From Kudoa neothunni (lineage: Eukaryota; Animalia; Cnidaria): a DNA stretch of 64,000 nt. The first letter of the stretch is position 1, and every line of letters begins with the position of its first letter. The DNA is taken from the NCBI GenBank assembly GCA_964304625.1, contig OZ199838.1, positions 13,087,843 to 13,151,842 on the forward strand, in the 5' to 3' direction. The translations under genes and the position numbers were made by a program. The notes beneath the pieces were generated by a model. That model was not told the DNA's origin. It did not search any database and worked only from the letters and a program-made list of their open reading frames with translations. This document shows, one piece after another, positions 1-13,579 of this stretch.

Positions 1-563
1 ATATCGTTATGCGCTATTTTTTCCATTCAATGAATAATTGGCCATAAAATTCTGAATAGTGGATTTGATAGGATCCAATTTCTTGAATTTCTCGAACAAA
101 TGATTTTAGAACGAAAAATCTCTTCTGAAGTTGTTCTTGTCATGGATAACGTTAGGTTTCATCACGTACGAGAGGTAAAAAGTCTGATGAGTACTAACTC
201 AATTGAATGCCTATATTTGCCGTCGTATTCTCCTCAGCTAAATCCTATTGAGAACGTGTTTTCTGTTTAAAGGCAAAAGTCTCAAGTTACCGCCCAAGAG
301 CCCAAAGTAGAGATGTTTTGGTTTATTATATCTTAAAATCCATGGATGAATTTAACCAAAACGATTCTCAATTTTTTTTAACTTTTTCAGAAAAATGTGG
401 GACGATGTATATGAAGGGTTAAACAATTAAATAGAACGATATTAGCGATTTTCCCTAATTTCGAGTTTATAAATATAACCAGTATTTTTTCTTGATTTCG
501 AATTATGTCTAACGCGCTTTTGATTAATTTTGAAATGTGCCCGATTTATTATGAAATACCCTG
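1..563 (+). mobile_element. 3' part of a decayed IS630/Tc1-mariner (DD34E) transposon with right terminal inverted repeat
   Basis: Frame 1 reads VVLVMDNVRFHH...LYLPSYSPQLNPIENVFS with exactly 34 residues between D and E. There is an in-frame TGA at 31-33 and a frameshift at about 268. The element ends ...atgaaataccctg|TA (563|564-565), i.e. a CAGGGT-type TIR followed by the TA target. Confidence 0.88.
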
Positions 564-863
564 TAACACCCTCCTTATCCTAGTAAATGTTTCGATAGCG
601 ATTATTACCTTCGGAATCATTAGAATGACCTAAATAACTAAATTATCGAAAGATATCATAAAATTCATTGATAACGGTTCCAAATTCTTCCGAAATATTA
701 TGCTCAGAACCATTTATGGCAGTGTTTTACTCGTCGGTAATGATCGGCATTTAACGTATGTATGGCTTATTCAATTTTTCTCTGTTTCCTCTCGATAAAA
801 TTTTATTTAATTCTCAAAATTGTTGTAAATTATTTTTCTTTATTGTTTGATAGAAAAAAAAAG

Positions 864-1081
864 TTGGGCACATTGGACCCCAAAAGAAGGAATGTGTAAG
901 TATTTTGATTATTTCGTCGCCTGAATGTAAAAATTAAAATTTTCAGTTATATTTTAATAGAACTCATATTTGTAGGAGAACAGATATGATCTGAAATCAT
1001 CTTATGCAATATAAGATTCTCTAAAATTGATTCAAATATCCATTGGGGTCCAATGGACCCCAAAGACGCTTGGAAGGTTAA
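864..1081. mobile_element. solo piggyBac-type transposon end
   Basis: Perfect palindrome ttggggtcca-a-tggaccccaa (1043-1063), followed by ...ggaagg|TTAA (1078-1081). A degenerate second copy of the palindrome is at about 865-885. The partner end was not identified. Confidence 0.6.
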
Positions 1082-4000
1082 AATCAAATTCAATGTGCTT
1101 TCGCTGAAATAGCACGAAAGTGAGCGAAATAGCGTATCTTGCTTGAAATTTATAGGAAGCAGCTATTGTTACGATAAATGATATTCAGGGGTATTAGTTT
1201 TAACTATACTTAATTATTTGGGATACACCGCTTTGCTATTGAGGTCAGAAATAATTAAATATAGTAGATTCTAAAAAATTAAATCAGTAGACAAGATATA
1301 AGAGTTTCTGAGATTAAAAATTTCCAGTTTGCAAACGTACGTGCCGTTTAAGATTAAATTTTACCGTGCCAATAGCCTCTTCCTAAAACAATATGTCTTT
1401 TTTAAAAGTATATTCAATCTTAGAATATGTTTAAATATATTAATATGAATAAAATCACACTGAATTTTCATCAAACACCTTAGAAACCAATTGTGTGAAT
1501 AATAAAATCTACAATCAAATAAAATTTTTTCTAGTATAAAAACATTAACAAAACCGAATTAATTCGCTCATGTAATTATATCATTGCGAAAACTATGAAA
1601 ACTATATTTACGCCCTAATCCTAATAGTCAATGTTTTTATTTTTTTGTAAATTTGTTTACTTTTTTCAATAATGATTAATAAAATTAATATTTATAATTT
1701 GTTTCACAAAAAAAGTTTGTTTCTAATATCATGTAAAAAACAGGGAGGTTTTAGTGTCAGTAATATTACGAGTATATACGGAAAATTTCCTATATAATAC
1801 ACTGGAGATTTAATTATGACTATACTGGCTTATTGGTGCGTTATTCAAATTTTTATCTATTAGGGGCTAAAATATTTCATTTTAAGCGCATATCGATTTT
1901 TTTGATTTGATGGAGGAAATAATAAGTTTAAATTGATACTAGTTCTTGTCAGGATGTGGTTTGTAAAAAAGGGTATTAAATTTAATTCATTAAGTTGAAT
2001 CTTATTAAAATATTAAAGGTTCCATTTTATACATTTTGACGTAGCTTTATTATGAGGAAATGTCATTTTTCTTCAAAGGGTATTTAATTTATTTAATTAT
2101 TATTTCAATAGTACGTATATTTTAAAACTGAATAAAAATGATTAAAAATACAATAAACCTAGGGAACACTTTCTTTAATGCACATCTAATCAGGAGTTAA
2201 TATTAATATATATTGATATTGCAACATTACCATTCAGAATCAATAAAATACAATAAAAGCATCAACATGTTACAAGCTGTAACTAACGTTTCTCGATTAT
2301 AGAAAGAAACTTAACAAGAAAAATGAGATATAAATATAAGTGCTTGATTATATGCGGTCTGTGCGGCAAAAACCTCGAAGTAAAATGCGGCATTCGACAA
2401 ATAATGAATAGTTCACACGCACACGCCTCAAAAATTCAGAATACAAGGTTCTCAGAATTTAGAAGAATTATTAACAAATTACAATTGAAAGAGGGAATCA
2501 ACTGTCGATAGCCTTCAATCAGTAAAGCTGATTTAGAGAGTTATCGAATAAAATATACTTATTATTAAACACCTTTGTAATATGTACTTTGTAGAAGTAA
2601 CGTTTCAAATACTGCATTCCCATCAAGTGATTTTTAAAAATTAAAATTGTTGAAATCCTAAATAACTAAACAAGTGTTAAATTGTTTACCAATACGTTTT
2701 CAACTAATCCTTTCTATAACACCAAGGGGATATGGTTCACGAAATAGTCCATTCGTTTTACGGCTTCACGACAATGGCCAAATATAGTTTCGCTAATGTT
2801 GTCATTTTTAACGTTAGATGAGCTTTTTTACGTAAGTCATCAAACAAAAATATTGTTTGAGTGTACAGATGATAGATTAATCATTTGGAATGATGTATCA
2901 GGTGAAGCTACTTTCATAGAAAGGATTTAAATAATTCGTTTGGAGATTTATGAGATTAGCCACTGGAACTGACCATAAAAAGGAAGCTCACTTGTGGTTG
3001 TTTGAAGCCTCCTCGATTGAATTCTCTCTGCAGGTAATATATTTTATTTTTTTGTGTATATTCCATGAAAATCTAACTACTGGACGTTAAAATGTAATGT
3101 AAATTGACGTAATGTTAGCAATGATAATCAATGCAGCTGTAACTTGGTTGGATAGTTTTTATGGGAATTCAACCTTTCAACGTTAATATTTGTCGCTCTA
3201 TAATAGGCTTTTAAAAAGTTTTACAAATATAACGGTAATATTGTATTGCCTTCCAGATTTGTGGTTCAAAACAAGAATATCTTTTCGGTAGAGTATGACA
3301 CAAAGACACGGTATACTATACTAAAAGTAACACTATTAAACATCAAAATGTACACAGAATTTCCATTTGGAATATTCTGAATACTGTAAACGCTCGATAT
3401 GGCGTATTTAGGCATTTATTCGATTGTTTTTTTGTTATGGTTAAAGTAATTATACTATTAAAGACATTAAGGTACAATTAATTTGTTGACATGATTAAAT
3501 AAATAACAAGGGGTGGTTTTACCGTTGATAATAATTGTGTGTTAATTGCATCGTCGGTGATCTTGTTGATTTTATCCTTATTTCCATTGATTTTGGATTT
3601 TAATAAAATGATTAAGTTTTGAAGATGCGCCGAGGAATGGAATGTAGAAATATAATTAATTCCTAACTAAATGAGATATCTGAAAGTATTCGACTTAACT
3701 TTGTAATTTCTATTCTCCGTGAAGTGAGAAATGACAGTTTATTTTGATTTAATTGATGAATAGAATATTATTTATTTTTGACGGTAATTATTTAATTAAT
3801 CAATAGATTATTAGATTTTCCCCTAGCTCGGTTTGATGAAAAGGGGTTTTTTATCGTTACTTGGCGAAACATTATTAAATTAAGGTATAAAATTTTATTT
3901 TGCGATTAATTTGAAGCAATTTTTTAAACAATTAGATAACACACTCTCGCTCGTATTTATTATGGAAGACATTAACACGTGTTTTCTTGCTATTTTGCCA

Positions 4001-6875
4001 TAGATTTAAAGTGTGATCATGTTTGATCTTGTGGAAAAAATATTAAGGAGTCTCGGTACAATGAAGAAATTTAGAATTTCTGCATTGCATGTGTAATTTC
4101 GTATACACGAATTCGCAACCGTCCATCATGAGTGCAGTCTGTTGTGCGCAGGTTACAATTAAAAAAAAGTTTTGGTCTACAGGAATACATAAATCACTCT
4201 ATTAGATTGCATTAGAGTCGGAGATAAATTCTGTTTTAAATTTTATCGACGTATTTAATTGTATTCTCTGTCTCCAAAAGAAATTAAGCGATATTTTAAA
4301 ATTTGTGCGGGTTAAAATATTCATAAAAAATTTTTTATTAAAAACATATTGTGTAAAATTAATGAGAAGCAACCATCCTCTAATAGGGAGAATCGATAAA
4401 ATGAGAATAACAATGCAAAATCAATTAAAACTATATAAGAAAGTAAAAATCTGAGAAAGATAAGACATCAAATAGGAAGTAATTTTTGTTCCGATGGCAG
4501 ATTGGAACATAGACCCTTTCTTGGAAGCTTGGTGGATGAGAACGTTACAATTATCTTGAGTGTGCATTGACTAAAACAAAACTTTTTTGTTAACTCAGTT
4601 TGATACGAAAAAATGAAAAAGGATAAATATATTTTCCTTCCCCATAACTTAACACTCAACGATTGAGCTATTATTTATCTATTTCAGTTTGAACATACCA
4701 TTTTTATGTGAAGTAACAAATAACTCTCGTTAAAAATGTACTTATAATTATTTCAAAATATTAAAAACAAAAAATTTATATATAAGTAATACTGAATTAT
4801 AATAATAAATGTTATAGTCTCCTTATTAAGATCTGTACTTAAAGGAGCAATTTAAATAAGTCAAATAAATATAACCGATTCATATAGTTCACAAAAAATC
4901 ACCATTTCAAAAATGTTATTTGGTATTTAATTGATCTAAGGGTTTTCTCGCTCCCGCTCTCGCCGGGTTTTGATAAGTAATTCAAAGCGTGGCACATTGT
5001 TGGTCAATGATGCTTGCAAATCGTTTTGGGGTTCAGGGGATTCCGATACTTTTTATCTGTATACAATAAAGTCAAGAAGCCGGCCTCATATACCATCTTG
5101 TGCTGGATAAACGCAACAAATTCCTTATTCTATATTGAGTCAGATTTTAATTTAAACATTTAAGCAAAGGGTTAAGATGAATTCAGAAAATTCAAAACAG
5201 ATGCCTTCTCAATGTATCTCAATGAAAATAACTAATTACTCTGTTGAAATTGACATTCATTTACTTAAGCGTATAAATGAATGCTTTGGTTTTTGTTTTA
5301 CCAACATTTTTAAAGAAAATTTGGCTAAAATTCATATCAGAGGCCAGGTATAAATTCGAGCATGAAATCCAAAATGTAACATACTTAAGGACACACAATT
5401 AAATGTTGGATCTCAAATTTAGACAAAGTTAAAACCACCTCATGCTTTTCTCTTATTGAAATACAGAAACTTATGGGTCGTACGTAATATCGCAATTAAA
5501 CGTAAATTAATGAATATCTAGAAAATCTAATTTTTACTCTATAAACGTTATAACAAAAGTAACATATTGCCTCAATTTGACTTTAGAAAAATTAGAATAT
5601 CAATAATTTTTCTGCATTTTATGTGTCGTGCGTAATGATTTTGATTACACATGGTCCATAAGTCATTGTAGATTGTTTCTAAGTAGATAAAAATTCTGAT
5701 AATTTAATTACAGCCTAAGCTTATAAATGTTATTTTAAAAGGTAACAAAGTTACGGATTTACATGAACATTGCGAGTGATAGACTCTGTAGGTTGAATCG
5801 GCTTAATATAAACTATTGTTTTACTTCCCCATTTCATAGAATTAAGTAAAATAAATTTTCATACCTCATCTTCTGAATAGAAACTAATCGACAAAAACCA
5901 CTTAAAAATATTATTACACTCATTACGCCCTTATATGATTTTAACTGGGACAAACGAAAATTACGCAATAAAGAAATTAAGATTAAGTTTTGAATTTATT
6001 CTAGAATGAATCTTCGCATCCCGTGTACGGAAACATTAATTTAGACTTAATTATGGACGTAAAGATCAATATTAACAATACAAATGAATGTTTAAAAGAA
6101 TACCGTTGTTCTTTAAAATCTTGTCGTTCCTCAAAACGAATTGTAAGCCTACATTAGGACAACTGTTTTTCACTAGCTCAATAAGATAGTATAAAGATAC
6201 TGGAGTACACGGACGAAAAATTTATTTTCTCGTTTTAAGTAGTTGAGATTATCAAATTTTAGTTGAAACATTAAAATTTTTTAAATTTATTTGATTCAAA
6301 TCTAATTGGATACTAAAACTGCAATATAACAAATTTAAAAGAAAGTATGTAAAATCGGTTGTCTTGTGTATTGTGAAATCCCAAATTGAATATTTGAATA
6401 TCGACCGATCCCAACTCAGATGGAAACCCGGCGATAATAGATAATCGATAATCGGCGTGTCAAAAATAGCATTTTAAGTTTCGAGTAGGTTTTCAACTTG
6501 GTGATAAGCGTATTAATTATAGAGATTATTTTTTGATTAATACAAAAATTATTAACGCTGGAATATGGGGAAAGTCAAAATTTGAACTCTTCTTATGCGC
6601 ATGCGAATTCGTAGTTGCGAAAATTAGGTCCGCGGCTACCTCTTACAAAATCTTCTGTTCCGAGGGAATTGCGACGAATCGGCTATCCACTTTAATGATT
6701 TACACTGCTTTAATATATCCATTTTTTGTTTTAAAAATGACGTGACAATGCTATAATAATGTAAACAATGCTGTATCGCTCAATTCTAAATTCATTAGAC
6801 TGGGTGGTAAAATAAATAAAATAGAGGAATTATAATACTCTCAGATTAGGATTATGTGGGTAAATTGTTTGTGTA

Positions 6876-7698
6876 TTAGTCAGTGGATTTCTCATAACGA
6901 TACGTGTTGTGAGTTGTTCCAGTGTTGTGGATTTCAATAATACAATAAATACACGTCAACACACTATTCTAGATATTTTCCCCTCGAAATTACCCACTAA
7001 TGCAATAATAATATTATTTTGTTATTATACATGCTACAGGTTCTCTCTCGTAAACTAAGCGTCCGATAACTAATGAATAACTGCCGATAATCTGCAGGAT
7101 GATTGTCAACAAGTTTTCACACTTTTTATTTGCGTATTGGATTAAATTATGATATACCTGTTTGAGATAAGTGTCCGTCACAGTACAGTTTAAGAGTGCA
7201 AATATGATGCCTAGAAAATTAAGTCGCTTTACTAACGATTAATTTTATTGATTTCCTAAAATCTCATTTAAAAATAAGTATTAAACTTGATCTCAATATC
7301 CGACCATTAGGTTTTAGACTTTGAGTGTTGGATTTGCAGTTGGAATAATTTCACCGGGATCCATTTCCATCGTATTATTAATACATGCGTCCAGTGATCT
7401 ATTTTTCCACACACTCACTAATACCATTTTACACAGGTGGATTATAATATTATTATATTGTAGATAGTGATATAATTGGATCAAAGATATAGGCAATGAA
7501 AACGACGCATAATAATGATGAGTTGGTGACATCGAAATTGGTGCTGGATCAGCTGTTTGGAAATGAAATGTCTAAAAAGTCAGAAAATATAATAAGCAGT
7601 AATGATTTTTATAATCTTATTTAATTGTGGGCTACTTGTTAAGCAGCAGTTTCACTTGTAACTCCAGTTATATATCCACTTGTAGCACTTACACTCAT
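6876..7698 (-). CDS. hypothetical multi-exon protein (weak NEPRO/DUF4477-like resemblance), contains apparent frameshifts
   Basis: Coding-like segments separated by GT-AG introns: LELQVKLLLNKHFISKQLIQHQFRCHQLIIIMRRFHCL, GEIIPTANPTLK, ALLNCTVTDTYLKQ|CENLLTIILQIIGSYSLVIGRLVYE, IVLTCIYCIIEIHNTGTTHNTYRYEKSTD*. Frames do not join cleanly and the identity is uncertain. Confidence 0.4.
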
Positions 7699-7819
7699 TC
7701 AATCATTTATTAACAAAAAACTAATTCACACACTATCGAAATAATCAACCAATTTTTAAATATTTATTGTCGATTGATTGATTGATTGGTTGGTTGTAGT
7801 GTTGAACTGTGTGGACAAC

Positions 7820-10800
7820 ATGTCTTCTGCGGGAAAGACAAATGAATTGCTATTCTACTACGACACGGAAAGTGTGTATTTTAATATATATGATGTGAGT
7901 AGCGATATTTTTATGATGTTGATTGTTTTCCGATCGAATTTATGTACATTTATAAAATTATACAGTCGTATCAAGCATTTCTGGAGCAATCAGCAAAAGA
8001 CAAATCCACATCCAATATAGTTTCGGGTGCGTCTAAAGCGTCTGCGACATTACCTCTAACCTCCAGTGACGATAAATATTCGGTCAACAATTCCAATGTA
8101 AAAACTCTCAAAAGTGACATTATCAGCAGAATGAGTTCGAGCTCGCTTGATGCTCGAACCATCAAATCCAAGATTGATTCATCTGCATTCTATGTGTCAA
8201 ACAATAATTTCACATATGTTTCCACCACAGACAAAAGTATGCTTGTTGTTTTAGTTCGTATTTAATCGTCTACTTGGGAATATCTCTTTATTTTAGTTCC
8301 ATTTATAAACTACGTGGAATATAATTATTTTTCGAATTGTCTCAATTACCTATCTTCAAATAAAAAGATTTCGTCTCCGATAGTGATGAGAAAGTCCACA
8401 AGTGACGTATCCTCACCCTCCGTTTCTTTAAATGATATCTATTTGAAACCACAATGTTCATGTTGCTGTCCATGTTCGAACCGGATACTTGTTTGTTGTC
8501 ATCACAATCCACGTATATATCAAATAGGAGACTTGATTTTGATGGCATGTTTGTTAGTGGAAGAAGATTTTATAAGTGGGGGAGATTTTAGTTTGGATGA
8601 GCCTGCTTATTATTATAGAAAATATTTTCTCAATCAAGGTTTGTTTTTTCTGTTGTTGGTGATTTGAAAAAATAAAATAATTATTTTTTGTACAGATCAT
8701 GTTAATTACGTTGTTTTGGACCCTGTATATGGACCGATTATTATCTCTTTCATGAAAAATATCCAATTATCTCTCCAAAAAGATATATCTGTCGATAGTT
8801 TAGAGTTGTTATCACCCAGACAAAGGAAACCCAACACAATTCAATTCTGCCGAATCATAATAAGGACAGTTTCAGTATGCTGAAGAAATTAGGATCGGTT
8901 TCAATGATTAATGCCCAATTATAGTGTGTCGTATTAAGAGCCGTCGTAGGCGTCCCTTATGCCGCAAATCTTTCCGATTCAACAACTTATTTATTCTCGT
9001 GTGCTCTTTCCTATTGTGCGCCTAGCTTTAAGACCCACAAATTCTACAAAGTTACTGATAATAAAAAGGTTGGGCATATTGTACATAATTATTTATTTAA
9101 ATTTTCCTATTCGTAGATTCAAGACAGTTTACTTGAGTTGGATGAAATGGTGGTAATTTTTTGCTTTTTTTCTTAGCATTGTTCTAATTTCGCGCCAAAA
9201 CCCATCACTTAAAATAATATTCGTTATCTGAAATTAGTTCGAAGCCATTTTTGAGTAGAAGAAACTTTTGTTTTTAGTGCCTATTATTAATCATTAAGAT
9301 TTAATAAAAATGCATTGTCGCATTCATTATTCCTTCATTGAAACACCTCGAAGAAAATAAATCTTAGATTTGTATTTCCTTTACAACTTTAATTATTGAA
9401 ACGGGCCAAAAACCATCAGAAATACATTAGCCAAAGATGATTTTTTTGGCAAATTATGCGAAGAATAAACTAAGTTATTTGAAACCCTACTATCTAAGTA
9501 TAAAAATTGAACTATTTTTAACTACATTCAGAATGATTAACTTAATATTTTTCATCCGTTTTTTAATGAGAGCTATTCAATAACACAACAAAACGAAATC
9601 GAGAAAAAATCATTATTATAAATTATTGGTTCTCATTAAGTTTGCGAGGTCAAAGATTCACAAATTAATCTAAATGTTTCTTCCACATTTAGCAGCGGAT
9701 TGCAATGTTTTTTTTATTTTAGGATAATTATTAAGTTTAAATAAACCATTTTTATCACATTTTTAGTATTTTTAACTATTTTCTTTGTAAATATTCACTC
9801 ACAATACATTCTTCAATTAGGTTCAACGAAAGCACAAGGTTGGGGTCCTTTTATGTTTGAAAGATCAAACTTCCGATGCACAAATGTATTCAAATGGTAT
9901 TAGATTTGTTGTTACAATGCCCAAAACAACCTAACTATCTAAACGCGTTTAGAAACTACTACTGCAGATTTTAAAAAGTTTTTGGATTTGATTGCTGAAA
10001 GGGTCGACTTGGAGACATTTGAAGGCTTCGCAGGGGGATTGACTGTCGGTCCAACCCCCACCAAACAATATTCTTACTATCGAAAGTTTCGTGAACATGA
10101 AATTATGTTCCATGTCTCGACAATGCTTCCACGCGATCCTGGAGACCCTCAAAATGTATTCTTATTAATGACTAACACACGTTAACCATTAACGATGTTA
10201 GGTTTATATAAAACGTCATATCGGCAATGACAAAGTGGTTATTGTGTTTCAGGATGAGTGTGACACACCATTTGATGTGTCTCAATTCAAATCCAAGTTT
10301 CAGCATCTCTTTATTGTGGTTCGACCAAATAAGAGCGATGCAAATGACCTTCTTTACGAGTAAATTTATTTTTTAGCTCTAATGATTTGATTGAGCATTG
10401 CAGTGTTTGCGTGTGTACATCCAACGATGTGCCGTCTCATCGGATTTTCGTAACCAACTATTCGCTACGACCTTCCGAAGAATTTTCATATTTTTTTCTA
10501 AATCTTCGTAATATTTTGTTGATTAGACATAATAAAAAGCAGGTGCCTTATGCATTTTTTGTTAGTGCTGATAGCGAACGACGTGGTCGACAAATGCAAA
10601 AAATTATCTAGCATGTTTGAACGTACACGGCATGAAACCATGACCAACATCATCAACAATCTAATTAAAAAATCATACGCGGTTAAAAAACGACTATGTA
10701 TTCCTATTTTAGTTGACTTGTTGATTGATCGACTTATTTTTCTTCGTATGTAGCCCCAAATCGATCGTCTCTTTCAACTTTAGAGCAATCTAAGGATATT

Positions 10801-11776
10801 TTTTCTTCATTCGCCAACAAAAAACTACCCGGAGGATTCAGCATTCTTGTAAATGTATTTATTCTACTATCAGCCCTGTGTATGTGGTACAATTTTTGTT
10901 GTTAGATCCATTCATCCAATGGTGAATTGGCTCCGTTTAACATGGTGATTTCATCTAAATCTATATTCTTCCTACCTGTTGATAACGTTGTATGACTTTG
11001 TTCTCAATGGTTGTCTCGTGAGTAATTTTTTATGATAGAAAACCGAATTTCACGTACCCCATTGCCGTATACATGGTTGGGAAGCTGTTGAACCCTCGTT
11101 GTAATTTTTATAGCCTGCTAAAAATACACCCCTATTTGGATGTTAGGGGTTGCGTTAACTATTTTAATGGATATCCTTGCTTAGAATTCGACTTTACATT
11201 GGTTTTCTATATTATATTGATTTTTCGATATCATTCAGCGCCGATGAAAGTCTATTATCTATACTGAAACTCCTGTGTTGTTGTACAAGGGCCAATATGG
11301 TAATAATTTTGTATCACTAATTTTTATGTGTGCATGTATGTACAGATTAACACTATTATCTGGGATAAAGATAAACCTCCATTACATTCTATACTTTCGA
11401 TTGGATCCAATGGCGTAATCGAGGATGTGAATGCTGATGCGTTGAAAAGTTTTCCTTATTTAAACTGTGTCGGAGATATGTTATTTGATGTAAAATCGAA
11501 TATTGTATTGGTGATTGTTTTTAATTATGCCATTTTTAGGTAAATGGACACATTCAACTTCCTTTTAGTAGAGTTTTAGCTAATGAATTTGTCAAATCGG
11601 CAACCATAACCTCGTTTAAGATCTTTCCTAGTAGATATCGGTAAATTATTGGTAATTGTGCATGGTATTAAAGTTGCTTTAGTGATAATTATACTGATAA
11701 AAATACCTATTTGTCTAATCTATTACGTTGCAAATCGTTGAAATCATTTCTGCAAACGTTAAGTCTCTTTCAGTAG
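7820..11776 (+). CDS. SIPA1/SIPA1L-family Rap GTPase-activating protein (RapGAP domain plus degenerate PDZ), multi-exon
   Basis: Exons encode FYYDTESVYF, AYYYRKYFLNQDHVNYVVLDPVYGPIIIS, HKVGVLLC, FEGFAGGL, HEIMFHVSTMLP, the catalytic KRHIGNDKVVIVFQ (about 10210-10252), RTRHETM and a PDZ-like SIGSNGVIEDV...GDMLFDVNG. Stop TAG at 11774-11776. Confidence 0.9.
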
Positions 11777-12062
11777 AAGAATTATTTATCTAATTTTCGG
11801 TTCAATTGTGATATCATGGTTTAACTTATAGTTCCTTATTTTATATTCTCATGCTATTTATTCTGTTATATTAAGTGAATTTTATTCGTTCTCTGTGAGT
11901 GCATCTCTCAACGTTTCTATAGCTTTTTTGGCGTATTACACTAATCTATACTAACGAGAGTGTTAAATTTATTCATAGATTATTATTGTTTTTTCAATCC
12001 ATGACACCCCAAATATCACACAATTTATAACACACCACCAAATATAAGTGTAATTGAAATGT

Positions 12063-12688
12063 TTAAAAACATTCTCCCGTGAGTTGGTAGGCTTCGCCGT
12101 GCTAAAATTAATTATTGTCTCCGTTATTCATTTTAATGATATACCGATCTGACCAATCTGATTATATACACAAGGATCATTGTAAACATCAGTATTGCAT
12201 TGAGGAGAGTAAAAACTGCTGCCACTCCTTGCATATACATCCCGAAACTAAACATTGTGGTATTCGCAACCCCGGATGTTATCGTCAAAATAAACATAAA
12301 CACCATTAGAACTGTGTAAAAATAAAGATTTCTGAATATTGGAGGCATCTTTGGATAGAACCCTGCGCATCTTACCACAAAATCAATTGTAGATATGAGA
12401 AAAATGATCAAATTGGTCACCAACATAAAAATATTCCTAGGATCGAAGAGAAATGCCGTCTGGGTGGACAACACAATGCCAACTAATGAAAAGACAGATG
12501 CAAAAAATAGACATAATCTATGTCCATTTATTTTCATCGGAGTTCTTTCAACCACCACTCTCTCCCTATTTTGATGTTCTCCGGTGGGAACTGCTTTGGC
12601 AATAGTAGCACCTGTGACTGAGTGAAGGTCACTCTAAACCAATAACTACTCATTCACGTTAGCAATGTGGATAAAATACCATTATCAT
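12063..12688 (-). CDS. four-transmembrane MARVEL/CKLF-like membrane protein, 3 exons
   Basis: Tiny first exon (MIM), then an intron, then the main exon with four hydrophobic helices (ORF 12133-12558), then an intron and a last exon HGEAYQLTGECF*. The family call rests on topology only. Confidence 0.65.
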
Positions 12689-13579
12689 TTTATTATGAAA
12701 TTTTTTTACCTGTTCTGCCAATGTATGAACAGATTTTGTTAGTTACTTTTACGCGGATATATTTGGTTATCCCCTATCCAAATATCCAAAGGTTTTGTTT
12801 GTGTAAAAACTTGGAAAATCGAATTTGGTTGGGCTGTCATGTTGTTGTTATGCTTGTATGTGATTTCAATTGATAATTTATGCTATTTTTTAGCTAGCCA
12901 AAAACAATTTCTAATGAGTTTTACACCAAATTAATTCAACTCATCCTAACACACTGGAGTAAATCTCATATTAATGATTAATTTATTTAGTGAATAACAT
13001 TTTGATTTGAAATATTTACTCATTATTATAACTTTAAAAACGTTTTCTCACCTTTCATTGAACCACTATAGTTTTTATTAAATAGTGTGTGTTATAATTC
13101 AAACAATTCATTACCTTCATAAACATAAACAGCTTAATTCGGTTTGTAAACATATTTGGTTGTCGATTTTAAAAAAGCCTATTCACAGCGGTTATACACA
13201 AACATTTCTCGCTATCACATTCATCAACTGAACGCTAAATAATAAAATTTTTGTAAGCAATTATCTTTAAAAATGAGTTTTAACCAAGAAATTCATACAC
13301 TGTCAACAAAAGGTAAGTATCTTATGTTCAACTGTTCATAAATAAAAATAGTCGGAAACATCAAATAGTTTCTCACAAGTTTTCGTCCTATTTGTTTTGA
13401 TTGACAACGGATGCTTTTAAATTGATTCAAAATAAACCTACGCTACAATGAGTTAAATTTTATATGGACTGGTCAAAGTAAGTTATCAGTTTTAAGCAAT
13501 TTTCTTTCCCAGGGATTCTCAATTGTTTTTACAAATTTACTTCCTCAGCCTGATGAAAAATCCAAATTTACCCTCTTAA

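Noticed and set aside
1-563. Fanzor/TnpB cargo associated with the IS630/Tc1 element
   Set aside because: Only about 130 nt separate the transposase end from the TIR, and no RuvC or zinc-ribbon motifs were seen in the window.
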